DNA of 64,000 nucleotides from Alphaproteobacteria bacterium (GCA_965248835.1 CBDFLJ010000001.1:2080001-2144000); one strand, 5' to 3'; numbered from the stretch's first letter, positions 1 through 10,536 are shown. Notes: generated by a model not told the origin, from the letters alone. Made by a program: numbers and translations.

Positions 1-479
1 TGATGGCATTGGGCGGTTATCCGGCGCTGGCCGCTGGTGGCGTGCTGGCACAACTGGCCTCGGTCGTCGACGGGTGCGATGGCGAGATCGCTCGACTGAA
101 GCATTCGCAGAGCGAGTTTGGCGGCTGGTTCGACGCGGTCCTCGACCGGTATGCTGACGCCATCCTGTTATTCGGCCTGATGTGGCACGAATTCGCATCG
201 ACCGGCACTCACTTGTCTCTCGTGCTGGGATTCGCGGCGATCGTGGGGTCGTTTTTGAACAGCTATACGGCCGATAAGTATGACGGGTTGATGGCGCAGA
301 AACTGCAAGGCATCTCATGCTTTCGGCTGGGCCGGGACGTGCGGGTGTTCGTCATTTTTGTCGGCGCCATCTTCAACCTTCCTCTCGTCACCCTAGGTGT
401 TGTCGCAGTAGTGATGAACATGGAGGTGATTCGGCGAATCGTCGTTTGTGCCACCGCGGACACCAACGTAGATAAATGA
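1..479 (+). CDS. CDP-alcohol phosphatidyltransferase family protein, C-terminal part (DIPP-synthase-like); 5' end outside window
   Basis: Signature D-G-x-D-G-x2-A-R...G-x3-D-x3-D (DGCDGEIARLKHSQSEFGGWFDAVLDRYAD); hydrophobic helices. Confidence 0.85.
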   Translation, partial: MALGGYPALAAGGVLAQLASVVDGCDGEIARLKHSQSEFGGWFDAVLDRYADAILLFGLMWHEFASTGTHLSLVLGFAAIVGSFLNSYTADKYDGLMAQKLQGISCFRLGRDVRVFVIFVGAIFNLPLVTLGVVAVVMNMEVIRRIVVCATADTNVDK

Positions 480-540
480 CATTGTCAGACTAACAGGACA
501 GGGCTTGTAGAACCTACAATCGAGCGCCTTCAGGCTGCTA

Positions 541-1696
541 GCAGTCTGTCGGACTTTGGTATGGATTTCTCATAGAATCGCACCATGAGCGACTTCGTGG
601 ACTGTGATCGGGAGCAGGCGTTTTTGCTTCCTCCCGATCTGCGGGACTGGATCCCGGAGGATGATTTGGCGCACTTCGTGATCGAGGCGGTGGAGCGCGT
701 CGATTTGGGTGCCTTCAAGGTGAACCATCGTGGCACGGGCTCGGCGCAGTATCACCCCCGGATGATGCTGGCGCTGCTGATCTACTGCTACGCCAACGGG
801 ATCTTCTCGAGCCGTCGGATCGAGCGGGCGACGCACCGCGATATCGGGGTTCGCTTCGTTGCGGCGAACCTGCACCCGGATCACGACACGATCGCGCGCT
901 TCCGGCGGGAGAACTTTGATGCGGTTTCGGAGAGCTTCCTGCAGGTTCTGCTGCTTGCCAAGGAGTTGAAGCTGTTGCGGGTGGGTCTGGTCAGCGTTGA
1001 CGGCTCCAAGTTCAAGGCCAACGCGAGCAAGCACCGTTCGGTGAGCCATGAGCGGGCGGGCGCGTTGATCACCCAGTTGGAAGGCAAGATCGCGGCGCTG
1101 CTGGGCCGGGCGGAGGCGGCGGACGAGCGGAGCAATTTGACCGACCCGGACAGCCGGCTGATGCGCAAGAGCAAGCAGCATGAGTACCGCCAAGCCTACA
1201 ACGCGCAGGCGGTGGTGGATGTTGGCGGCAGTCAGTTGGTCGTGAGCGCGCGGATCAGCCAATGCGCCAGCGACCGCAACGAACTGGTGGCGGATATCGC
1301 GGCGATCCCGGCGGCGCTGGGCCGGCCGGAGACGGTGCTCGCGGACAACGGCTATGCCAACGGGGCGGAGGTGGCGGCGCTCAAGGAGAGCGGCATCGAG
1401 GCCTTGGTGTCGACCGCGGCGGAAGACCGCCGCCGAACCCACGACTTCCGCCCTGTGAAGGCTCTGCCGGCGGCAAAGGAGCCCAAGGCCGAGTGGTTGA
1501 AGGCGATGGCGAGCAAGCTCACGAGCGAAGAGGGTCGTGCCCTCTACAAGCTGCGCCGGCAGACCGTCGAGCCGGTCTTTGGTGTCATCAGACCGTCGAG
1601 GCGGTGCTCGGCTTCACCGGGTTCTCGCTGCGCGGCCTCGACAAGGTCGCCAGCGAGTGGACCCTGGTAGCTCTCGCTTACAACTGCAAGCGCTAA
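541..1696 (+). mobile_element. IS1182-family element, defective (internal deletion, frameshift near 1590, right end lost)
   Basis: ORF 585-1670 with LLPPDLRDWIPEDDLAHFVIEAV, SSRRIERA, NLTDPDSRLM, LADNGY, RQTVEPVFG; left end GCAGTCTGTCGGACTT at 541; CAGACCGTCGAG duplicated at the frameshift; C-terminus (EWTLVALAYNCKR) continues in another frame. Confidence 0.85.
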
Positions 1697-2644
1697 GAGC
1701 GGTTCCGGGAAGTAGAGATTCACGAGCAAGGGCTTGGCCGGGTCAAGCGTCGCAGCATGATGCGGATCATGGCGAGGTGGATGAAGGCGACGACAGAACG
1801 GACGTGGCGTTCGAAGTCGCGTGCCAGCCGGCGGCAGCGGACGATCCAGGCGAAGGTGCGCTCGACGATCCAGCGCTTCGGCAGCACCTCGAAGCGCGGC
1901 ACGTCGTTGCGCTTGACGATCTCCAGCCGCCAGGCGCCGGTCTTGGCCACCACGGCAGCCATCTTCGGTCCCTGGTAGCCGCCGTCGGCGTAGATCACCT
2001 CGATGAATGGAAACAGCCGGCGTGTCCGGCGCAGCAGCGAGGCCGCGCCATCGCGGTCCTGCACGTTGGCGGGATGCACGACGAGGCCCAGCATCAGGCC
2101 GAGCGTATCGACCAGGATGTGCCGCTTGCGGCCGGTGAGCTTCTTGCCCGCGTCGAAGCCCTGCGGATCGATCGACGCCCCCCTTTTTGCGCCGCTTTGG
2201 CGCTCTGGCTGTCGATGATGGCCGCGCTCGGACTGGCTTCGTGGCCCGCGCGCTCGCGCACCGCCACGTAGAGCTCATGATGGATGCGAGCCAGGGTGCC
2301 GTCCCATTCCCACAGCTCGAAGTCGTCGTACACCGTGCTCTTCGGCGGCAGATCCTTGGGCAGCGCGGTCCACTGGCAGCCGCTCGACAGCACGTAGAAG
2401 ATGCCGTTCAGGACTTCGCGGACATCGACCGTCCGCTTACGCCCACCGTGCTTCGCCGGTGGGATCAGCGGCGCGATCAGCGCCCATTCGGCGTCGCTCA
2501 GATCACTCGGATAGCGAAGCCGGCCACGGTCGGCGGCCACGCGGTGTCCAGGCTTCCACATCGGGCACCCCCAAGCAGTTGGACAGGTGCCAGACAATGA
2601 ATCACAACCGATTCCGCCGACTCAAGAACTTTCCGGAACCGCTC
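1697..2644 (-). mobile_element. IS5-family element (IS1031/IS427-like); two ORFs joined by a probable programmed frameshift
   Basis: Terminal IRs GAGCGGTTCCGG(G/A)AAGT at 1697 and 2644; YPSDLSDAEW, IIDSQSAK, YADGGYQG, LPKRWIVERTFAW; slippery AAAAAGGGG near 2180 on minus strand. Confidence 0.9.
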
Positions 2645-2647
2645 TTA

Positions 2648-3547
2648 GAGACCGTTTGAGAAAGGGTGTTCCGATCGGTGGGGTTTGGTGATTCACCCTG
2701 TGCATGTGGACACAGCAGACGCGAGGCCGCATGGCCGCGATCGAGCGGAAGACGAAGCGCTATCCGACCGATCTCAGCGATGAGGAGTGGGCGCGGATCG
2801 CGCCGCTGCTGCCGAAGCCGGCGCAGCGGGGCCGCAAGCCGAGCGTGGACCTGCGCGAGGTGCTGAATGCGATCCGCTACATGACGCGCACGGGCGGCGG
2901 CTGGCGCATGCTGCCGAAGGACTTCCGCCCTGGCAGACGGTGTCCTGGTGGTTCCGGCGCTTCGTGCGCCTGATGCTGTTTCGCACCATCCACGACATCG
3001 CCTTGATGATGGACCGCGAATGCGTCGGCCGCGAGGCCAGCCCGAGCGCCGGCGTGGTCGACAGCCAGACGGTCAAGGCCCCCGCGCCGGGGGCGCAGCG
3101 GGGCTACGACGCGGCCAAGAAGACGGTCGGCCGCAAGCGCCATGTCGTGGTCGACACCGACGGCCGGCTGCTGATGGCCAACCTGACGCCGGCCGATATC
3201 TCCGACAGCGCCGGCGCGCAGATGATCCTGGAGGGCATCGGCAAGCGCTGGCCGTAGCTCAAGCACCTGTTCGCCAACGGCGCCTACGACCGCACCCAAC
3301 TGATGGACAAGGCGGCCTTCCTCGACTTCGTCATCGAGGTGGTGCGCCGCATCGACGACGAGCCGGGCTTCAAAGTCGTGCCGCGGCGCTGGGTGGTCGA
3401 ACGGACCTTCGGTTGGCTCACCCGTTGGCGCCGCCTGGTGCGCGACCACGAACAACGCGTCGACGTCTCCGAGGCCATGATCCACGTCGCATTGGGAAGC
3501 CTGCTGCTACGCCGGGTCAGCCATTGAGCGAATTCTCAAACGGACTC
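2648..3547 (+). mobile_element. IS5-family element with inactivated transposase (frameshift ~2925, stop 3255-3257)
   Basis: IRs GAG(A/T)CCGTTTGAGAA at 2648 and 3547, TA flanks; [31 protein letters not shown]. Confidence 0.9.
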
Positions 3548-3675
3548 TAACAACCGGGGGATTTGACGAAGATTTCGGTGTGCTGTCCGACTTTCGCTGA
3601 GATCGGCGGTGTTGACGTCCGCAATCATCCGCCGTTTCGTTCTCGGCGGAGGGTTTTGGCGCTATTCGGGCGGAC

Positions 3676-4273
3676 TCATGCCATGGCGGCGCTGCGCTCA
3701 TGGAAGATCAGACGCTGGAAATTATAAGCCAGGTTGGCGAGGCCGATCTTGGCCGCCGCCCGCTCGAGCCCGATGGTACGGACGAACAGGCCCATGCGAT
3801 CCTTCTGCTGGGCGAAGACGTGCTCGACATGCGCACGGACCGCTGACTTGCGGGCATTGGCCCGGGCGGTCGCCTTGGGCATGGCCCGGCCCGGCGGCTT
3901 CTTGCGGTGGATGTGGGAGACCCGACCCTTGCCGGCCAGCCACGCCTCGTTGGCCTTCGAGCGATAGGCGCTGTCGGCCCACACGCCGGCGGCCAGATTG
4001 TCGCCGGTGACGAGATGACGCAACATCTTGCCGTCATGGCGGGCGGCATCGGTCACTGCCGAGCTGCGGATGAAGCCGTAGGCCCGGTCGATGACGACAT
4101 GGGCTGCGCGGGCTTACGCCGCGCCACTGGCGCGACGGTCCTGCTCGCTGTAGCCGAACACCGGGATCGCGATGTCGGGCATGCGCCGTTGCGCCCCGGC
4201 GGGGTTCTTGCGCCGCCCGGTCTTCACCGTCCACCGCGCATCCGTGTCCTTCTGCGCCGCCTTGGCCGGCTGA
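3676..4273 (-). pseudogene. IS5-group transposase, C-terminal half
   Basis: KDTDARWTVK, IAIPVFGY, VWADSAYRS, VRAHVEHVFAQQK, IGLANLAYN; ~45 bp insertion near 4105-4150 breaks the frame. Confidence 0.85.
4190..4273 (+). repeat. ~83 bp direct repeat, copy A (partner 14386-14468)
   Basis: TGCGCCCCGGCGGGGTTCTTGCGCCGCC...CTTGGCCGGCTGA at both sites with 1 indel and 1 substitution. Confidence 0.9.
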
Positions 4274-4430
4274 ATTCCGGCCACGTCATCGGATGCGGCA
4301 CCAATCACAAGGGGGTCGGGCTGCCGCAGGACCGCGACCATGCCGAGATCGAGATCGCGGGCATCGGACGCTTGGCCATCAACCTCACCGATCCCCTCAA
4401 GCGCAGTTGGGAACGCGGCGTACAAGGGCC
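4271..4430 (+). pseudogene. Fumarylacetoacetate-hydrolase family C-terminal fragment
   Basis: NSGHVIGCGTNHKGVG..QDRDHAEIEIAGIGRLAINLTDPLKRSWERG resembles the FAH C-terminus (GDVI.GT...GD..EIEI.GIG.L). Confidence 0.55.
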
Positions 4431-4546
4431 GGGATTCGACCCATCCGGACAACGTGAATCCCGAATGTCCTTCCGGCCGATAGCAAGGACCTTATCGACG
4501 GGACCGTCCGGGTCCGGATAGGATGCCGGGCAGGTGGAGGCAGGCG

Positions 4547-5602
4547 ATGGCAGGCAAACAAGCGATTCACCTTGTAGGGAGCATGCCGCTCGATAGTGCG
4601 GAGGATGTCTTCCGCACGGTCTGCGGCGCGACCGGCGGCAATGTGCGGCGGGTTCCCGACGGCGAGACGGGAATGCGCATCAACTGGATCCGGTGCATTC
4701 AGGACATGCTGACGGCGCATCCGGATTTCGAGGTCGACCCAGAGACCCCGCCCCTGCAGTGGCGGCAATGGGACGGTAAATTTCTGCGCGAGATCCCGCA
4801 GTTGAAGTTCAAGGACGGCGTCGATCCCGACAGCGTCGTGTTCACGACCCCGTACCGGGAGGAAGCGGTTCGGTCGTTCGAAGTCTTCGACCGGTTGCGC
4901 GCGGACGGCGTGATCCCCGACGGCATCAAATTTCAGGTCTGTGTCCCGACTCCCCTCGCGCCGGGCTACAACTACGTGGCGCCGCGGGCACGGGCGGACT
5001 TCATCCGCGTTTTCGGCGATCACATCGTCGAGGCGGTCGCGCAGCTTGCCGATCGACTGCCTAGGGAGCAGCTCGCCTTGCAATGGGATGTCTGCCAGGA
5101 GGTCCTGATGTGGGAGGGCTATTACGATCATCGTCCCGACGACTTCAAGGAGGAAATCCTCGCCGTCCTCGGCCGCGTCGGCGACGCGGTGCCGGAGCCG
5201 GTCGAGCTCGGCTATCACTTGTGCTACGGGAGTCCCAAGGACGAGCACCTGATCCAGCCCGTGGACGCCGCCAATCTGGTCGAGATCCTCAACGGCTTGT
5301 TCCAGACGGTGCGCCGTTCGATCCAGTTCGTCCATATTCCGGTACCCAGGGACCGCGCCGACGCCGCTTATTTCGAACCGCTCCGCGGGCTGAACATTCC
5401 GCACGAGACCGACCTCTATCTCGGTCTCGTGCATTACGACGACGTTTCGGGAAACGACCGGCGGCTTGATATGGCGTGCAGATATGCCAAGGTCGACGGC
5501 GTCGCGACGGAGTGCGGCTGGGGGCGAGCGGATCCCGAACGCGTTCCCGGCTACCTGGAGTCGCTCTGCCGGTCGGCCGACCATCTGGCCGCCAGAGGCT
5601 GA
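4547..5602 (+). CDS. Stand-alone MetE-C-terminal/URO-D-like Zn enzyme (methionine-synthase-like family)
   Basis: RBS GGAGG at 4536; HLVGS, PDGETG, QWDV, GYHLCYG and ATECGWGR Zn-ligand motifs. Confidence 0.75.
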   Translation: MAGKQAIHLVGSMPLDSAEDVFRTVCGATGGNVRRVPDGETGMRINWIRCIQDMLTAHPDFEVDPETPPLQWRQWDGKFLREIPQLKFKDGVDPDSVVFTTPYREEAVRSFEVFDRLRADGVIPDGIKFQVCVPTPLAPGYNYVAPRARADFIRVFGDHIVEAVAQLADRLPREQLALQWDVCQEVLMWEGYYDHRPDDFKEEILAVLGRVGDAVPEPVELGYHLCYGSPKDEHLIQPVDAANLVEILNGLFQTVRRSIQFVHIPVPRDRADAAYFEPLRGLNIPHETDLYLGLVHYDDVSGNDRRLDMACRYAKVDGVATECGWGRADPERVPGYLESLCRSADHLAARG

Positions 5603-5681
5603 CCTTCGAAGTGCACGCCCCGGCTTCGTCGCGGAAATGACGGAATGAACAGCCGTCGCGTCCTCCGCCAAGGAGAGAGCG

Positions 5682-5850
5682 ATGTTCGTTGCCACCGAAG
5701 GCGCCGTCCTGCCCGCCACCATCGCCGGATCGCTGCCCTAACCGGGATGGTATACGGAGAATCTCGGCCGGCGCTGCTTCCGCGAGCGGTGATCAACGGC
5801 CATTTCCGCGCGTAATACACCGATGCCGTGTCGGCGTTTCTGCGGCCCCG
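5682..5850 (+). pseudogene. Cobalamin-independent methionine synthase II family, N-terminal relic
   Basis: RBS AAGGAG then MFVATEGAVLPATIAGSLP*PGWYTENLG...YTDAVSAFL, with stops and frameshift. Confidence 0.55.
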
Positions 5851-6088
5851 GCCTGGCCGCATCCGCGCCGCCGGATGCGGCACGAAGGGTTGGCGGCGCG
5901 CTTTCGCCCAAGGCCGTTGGCCCGTTGGCCGGGGCTCCCTGGACTACAGCGGCGGCGGAGTCCGTCACGCGGCGGGTCCTTCGGCCTGCCCCTTGGGTGT
6001 GCGAGCGGCGCGGAGCATCTGGGCGCCCGGAGCGCGGCGCCTTGACCCAAAAGGCCGGCGATTCGCCCGCCGAGCGGGGAGCGGGACG

Positions 6089-6634
6089 CTACCGGGACGG
6101 CACGGTGCGAACGTGACCGTCCCGGTTGTCGAACAGCGCCTGATCGGCATAGCCCATGAAATCGGGCTGCGCCTTGCCGGCCATGACCTGAAGATACACC
6201 GGCTCGACGGTATCGTTGGAATAACCGTGGATCACACCCGCGGGACAGGAGACGCAGTCCCACGGCCCCAGGGTCACCTGCAGATGCCGACCATCCTCTT
6301 CTTCGAAAAACACGGTGAGGTGACCCTGAAGGACGAAGAAAACCTCCTCGACCTCATGCGTATGAGGCGCATTACCCTCGCCCGGCGGGACGTACATGAC
6401 GCTGAGCGTGAATGCCTTGGCCGGAATCACCTTTTCGTCGGGCTTGCCGCTGGTATTTCCTATGAACCGATGCTGGGCTCGCCGGTAGCCATCGATCAAC
6501 GCGTCGGCGAAAGCCTCCCAATCCGGCCTGCGGTCCTTGAAATGGGCGACGTACCGAGCGGCGATCTGCTCGAGACTCAGATCGGCGACCTCGGGCGGAC
6601 GCTCGTGGCGCGCTGTCTTCGTCTTCCGGGCCAT
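6089..6634 (-). CDS. Cupin domain protein
   Basis: PHTHEVEEVFFVLQG and PAGVIHG cupin motifs; last gene of the ABC operon. Confidence 0.85.
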   Translation of the reverse strand: MARKTKTARHERPPEVADLSLEQIAARYVAHFKDRRPDWEAFADALIDGYRRAQHRFIGNTSGKPDEKVIPAKAFTLSVMYVPPGEGNAPHTHEVEEVFFVLQGHLTVFFEEEDGRHLQVTLGPWDCVSCPAGVIHGYSNDTVEPVYLQVMAGKAQPDFMGYADQALFDNRDGHVRTVPSR

Positions 6635-6650
6635 GGATAGCCTATGCCGC

Positions 6651-7625
6651 TCAGGAGCCCGGAATGAACGCGTTGGTGAAATAGGCGCTGATCGGAAGCG
6701 CCTTCTTGATCCGCTTGCCCTCGATCAGGGTCATTTGAGCCTTCTCGATATCGCCCGGCGGGGTCCATCCCAACGGCTTACCCTTGCTGGCATCGTTCCC
6801 GAGCAGATCGAACGATGCCTTTAGAATCTCGAGCGAGATCGCGGGCTTCAGGTTGGGAGCAACCTTCCGCAGCGATTCGATTGCTGCTGAAGGCTCTTTC
6901 TGACCCAACACGAGAGCCGCGCGGACGCTCGCAACCATGCGCCGGACGAGATCGGGGTTGTTCTCGATGTTGTCGGTATGCGTGATCAGGGCGAGGCCGG
7001 GCACGACCACACCACCCGAAGCGTAGGTGAAATAAGTCGAAGGAACGCCATTGGCGGTTGCCTTCGGCGCCTGCAGGAAGCCGAACGAGTCGATGGCGTC
7101 CACCTTGCCTTGCAACAGCGCTGCGAGCTTGGCGGCCGGCTCCATGAACACGAGCTTGACCTTGCCCTCGAGGCCGTTCGCCTTTTGCAGGGCCTTGAAA
7201 TACATCGCGGTCGCGCCGCCGGCCGAGAACCCGATTTGCGATCCGGCGAGATCCTTCCAGCTCTTCCAGCCGTTTTTCTTGGGGAAGATGATGGCGACCG
7301 GATTTGTCCGAAGATAGGACGCAACGATCCTGACCGGCAGGCCCTTGGAGATGAGCACCATCACCGCACCGCCATCGGCGGTTCCGAAGGTGACCGTCTT
7401 GTTGCCGACGGTTTGCGCCGTGATGGCCGATCCGCGACCATCGCGAATGTCGATGTCGATTCCGTTCTTGGCGAAGATTCCCTTGTCCTTGGCATGGTAC
7501 CAGACGGCGTGGTACGCGCTCTTGATCCAATCGGTCCTGAGCGAGACCTGATCTGCGGCCTGGGCCGGCAGTGCCATGAGGGCCAAAAGCCCGGTTGCGA
7601 CTGCGCCGATTGTCGTGGATCTCAT
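6651..7625 (-). CDS. ABC transporter substrate-binding protein, NMT1/THI5-SsuA family
   Basis: Signal peptide (..AQAADQV), AKDKGIFAKNGIDIDI..GRGS, NPDLVRRMV; RBS GAGGAGG. Confidence 0.85.
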   Translation of the reverse strand: MRSTTIGAVATGLLALMALPAQAADQVSLRTDWIKSAYHAVWYHAKDKGIFAKNGIDIDIRDGRGSAITAQTVGNKTVTFGTADGGAVMVLISKGLPVRIVASYLRTNPVAIIFPKKNGWKSWKDLAGSQIGFSAGGATAMYFKALQKANGLEGKVKLVFMEPAAKLAALLQGKVDAIDSFGFLQAPKATANGVPSTYFTYASGGVVVPGLALITHTDNIENNPDLVRRMVASVRAALVLGQKEPSAAIESLRKVAPNLKPAISLEILKASFDLLGNDASKGKPLGWTPPGDIEKAQMTLIEGKRIKKALPISAYFTNAFIPGS

Positions 7626-7663
7626 ATCCGTTTCCTCCTCTGTTTCTGGTGCTTTCAATCCGT

Positions 7664-8446
7664 TCAATTCACGTGCGCACGCTGTGAGACGTGCCACGGA
7701 ATCATGAGCCGCTCGAGGACCTCGATAGCGTAAAAGAACACCATCGCGAGCAGCGAAAGAACGAACAGGATTGCGAACAAAAGTGCCGTATCGAGTTCAC
7801 CTGCCGCGCTCAGCAGCAGATAGCCGAGCCCGTTGTCCGAGCCGATGAATTCACCGGTGAGGGCACCGACCACGGCAAGCGCGGATGCGACTTTGAGCCC
7901 ACCAAACATGCTGGGCAACGCGCCCGGCAGCCGAAGGCGGAGAAAGATCCGCCTCGGCGGCGCACCCATCGAGCGTGCCAGCTGCACAAGCGCAGGGTCG
8001 ATACTGCGCAAACCGACAATGGTATCGACCACGATCGGGAAAAAGCAGATCAGGAAGGCCACCGCCACCTTTGGAAACATGCCAAACCCGAACCAGACCA
8101 CGAACAACGGGGCCAGGGCGATCTTCGGAATGCTCTGGGTCGCGACCATCGGCGGATACAGTATGCGTTCCAACGTGGATGACGATACGACGATGATTGC
8201 CAAGGGCACCCCGACGACCACCGCAAGCAGATATCCAGCCATCACCGAGAGCATCGTCCAACCCGAATGAGGGATCATCTCCCACCCGTTATCCCGGCCG
8301 GAATCGAGCACCTCCGCCGGTCCTGGGAGCAGATAGCTGGGGGTTTCGAACAACCAGACGACGCCTGCCCAGAGCCCGATGAGGGCCGCGAACGAGATCA
8401 CCATCCAAAACGCGTCGCGGGTCCAATTTCGTTTCCAGAACGACAT
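7664..8446 (-). CDS. ABC transporter permease (SsuC/TauC type)
   Basis: QSIPKIALAPLF..WFGFG, EAA-like LARSMGA, GEFIGSDNGLGY. Confidence 0.9.
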   Translation of the reverse strand: MSFWKRNWTRDAFWMVISFAALIGLWAGVVWLFETPSYLLPGPAEVLDSGRDNGWEMIPHSGWTMLSVMAGYLLAVVVGVPLAIIVVSSSTLERILYPPMVATQSIPKIALAPLFVVWFGFGMFPKVAVAFLICFFPIVVDTIVGLRSIDPALVQLARSMGAPPRRIFLRLRLPGALPSMFGGLKVASALAVVGALTGEFIGSDNGLGYLLLSAAGELDTALLFAILFVLSLLAMVFFYAIEVLERLMIPWHVSQRAHVN

Positions 8447-8463
8447 CGTGCATCCTTATCGGG

Positions 8464-9300
8464 TTAGTGGTGAATAACCCCCATCTCCTGGAACATCAGC
8501 CTGATCTCGTGAACGATCTTGATGAACCCGGGGGTGTCGTGGATGTTGAGATCGCGCGGACGGTCAAGCTCGACGTCCAGGATCGCCCGGATAGCGCCCG
8601 GCCGCGGGGTCATCACGATGACACGGTCGGACAGGAAGACGGCTTCGCTGATGCTATGGGTAACGAACAGAACGGTTTTTTGCGAGCGCTGCCAGATCGT
8701 CTGGAGATCGACCTGCATTTGCTCGCGGGTCAGCGCATCGAGCGCGCCGAACGGCTCGTCCATCAGCAGCATGGGCGGGTCCAGGAGCAGCGCACGGCAG
8801 AGCGCAACCCGTTGGCGCATGCCCCCGGACAGCTCGAAGGGCCGCTTGCCTTCGAATCCCTCAAGTCCGACCGAGCCGAGCAGTTCATGGGCCCGCGAGA
8901 CGTAGGCGCTCTCGTCGAGCCCGCGCATAACGCATGAAAGCAGAACATTGCCGGCGACGGTTCGCCAATCGAGCAGCAGATCGCTCTGAAAAACGAAGCC
9001 GAGATCGGTATAGGGCTCGGTGACAGCGGTCCCGCCGATCCGAACCTCGCCGCCGGTCGCCTCGAGCAGCCCGGCGACAACGGATAACAGCGTGCTCTTG
9101 CCGCAGCCGCTTGGACCGACGATGGTGACGAACTCGCCACGCCGAACATGAAGATCAACGCCCTCGAGCGCGACAATCGGCTCACCGTCCTGGCCGACAA
9201 ACGTCTTGTTGAGCGATTCGATCTCGATGAATCCGCTCGCGGCCCGCGCCCGCACTTCCGGTATTGCAACGGTCCGGATTTCCTGCGGGCGCGGCGTCAT
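8464..9300 (-). CDS. ABC transporter ATP-binding protein (SsuB/TauB type)
   Basis: GPSGCGKST, LSGGMRQR, MDEPFGALD, VTHS. Confidence 0.92.
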   Translation of the reverse strand: MTPRPQEIRTVAIPEVRARAASGFIEIESLNKTFVGQDGEPIVALEGVDLHVRRGEFVTIVGPSGCGKSTLLSVVAGLLEATGGEVRIGGTAVTEPYTDLGFVFQSDLLLDWRTVAGNVLLSCVMRGLDESAYVSRAHELLGSVGLEGFEGKRPFELSGGMRQRVALCRALLLDPPMLLMDEPFGALDALTREQMQVDLQTIWQRSQKTVLFVTHSISEAVFLSDRVIVMTPRPGAIRAILDVELDRPRDLNIHDTPGFIKIVHEIRLMFQEMGVIHH

Positions 9301-9790
9301 CAACCCGGCCCCGACGCGGGAGCAGCTTCGTCCGAGAAGACACGCATCACATCTTCCCAACCGATCGGGGTCGAATTAAACGCAGCGCCAAGCGGCTCGA
9401 GCGCATCGGCGACCGGGTTGGCGATCACCACCGGCGGTGCAACGGCGCCGCATTCGGCGAGCCCCTGGACCCCGAGCGGATTCAGTGGCGAGGGCGTCTC
9501 TTCATGGAGCACCCTGATCGGCGGAACCTCGGAGGCTGACGGGACGCGGTCGTCCATGAAGCTCCCGGCGGGTAGCTGCGCGTTCTTGTCATGGACGATG
9601 TCCTGCAGCAGACCACCGTCCATCCCTTGGTCGAGCCCGCCCTTCAACTGGCCATCCCAGCCAGATCGCGGGGCGAGACAGATCTGCCGAAGGCCACGTT
9701 CAAATCCGGCACACCCCTGACACCGACATCGCCGTCGCCGTCGCGGAACTCGAGATCGGTCTGCGCACTCTCCAGCAGGTGTGCGTCAAC
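9300..9790 (-). pseudogene. Xanthine dehydrogenase/CoxL-family Mo subunit, C-terminal relic
   Basis: GSFMDD..P, ETPSPLNPLGVQGLAECG and upstream HLLESAQTDLEFRDG; most of the gene deleted. Confidence 0.75.
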
Positions 9791-9991
9791 GGTCAAGACC
9801 TTTTGCTTGAGACGATCGCTCGCCCGGGCGGCGGCCGCCCGGTAGCGGGCGCGATGGCAGGCGCCGAGGGGTCGGCTCGAACCGAACCGGCTGGTGCTCG
9901 TCGACGAGACCTGGACACCTCCAAAAAATCCCTCACCGCGGAATATAGAATGTTCGTAGATATTTTATTTCAATATCTTACGGGCCACCTG
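9736..9991 (+). repeat. ~255 bp mosaic direct repeat, copy B (partner 12321-12576): CoxL scrap + IS630 scrap + AT-rich tract
   Basis: Near-identical sequence at both loci; contains RARWQAPRGRLEPNRLV(L/F)VDETW, an IS630-like DDE segment. Confidence 0.9.
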
Positions 9992-10081
9992 ACGCGAACG
10001 CGTCGAGGTTTTTTCAGAGGCGCCCAGGCGTCTTTTATGTTCTATCCGCGCGGGGAATAGGTAGGTGACCAGGGTGCCGGG

Positions 10082-10525
10082 GTGATCGACAGCCAGACGG
10101 TGAAAGCCCCGGCCGCTGGGGCGGAACGCGGCTATGACGGCGCCAAGAAGACCATCGGCGGCAAGCCTCACGTGGCGGTGGATAGCGACTTCCGCCTGCT
10201 GATGGTCAACCTGACGACGGCGGTTGTCGAGCGCCGGGGTGTCGACGCCGATGACGGCCCGACTCTTACGGCGCTGCGGCGGTTGCGCGACGGTTATATG
10301 ACGCGCACGCCGGCCTCCCGCGTGCTGGTCGCGGAGTATTGCGAAATCGCTCCGGCCATTGTCGCGGCGATCCCCGAGGATCATCCCGATTGGGGCTGGA
10401 TCGCCGAGCGGATCGATGCCGGCGTGGCCGCGATCGAGGTCGAGGACGACCTAGGCGCCTTTGGCGCCTATGTCGAGATGGTGCGGCGGCTCTCGGAAAG
10501 CTGGTCCGCACTCAATGCCCAGTAA
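10082..10525 (+). pseudogene. Chimera: IS5 transposase fragment fused to a CFI-box-CTERM-like domain
   Basis: IDSQTVKAP..GYDGAKKT (similar to the IS at 2648) then LTTAVV..DDGPTLTALRRLRDGYM..VAEYCEIAPAIVAAI. Confidence 0.6.
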
Positions 10526-10536
10526 GGAGACCGACG

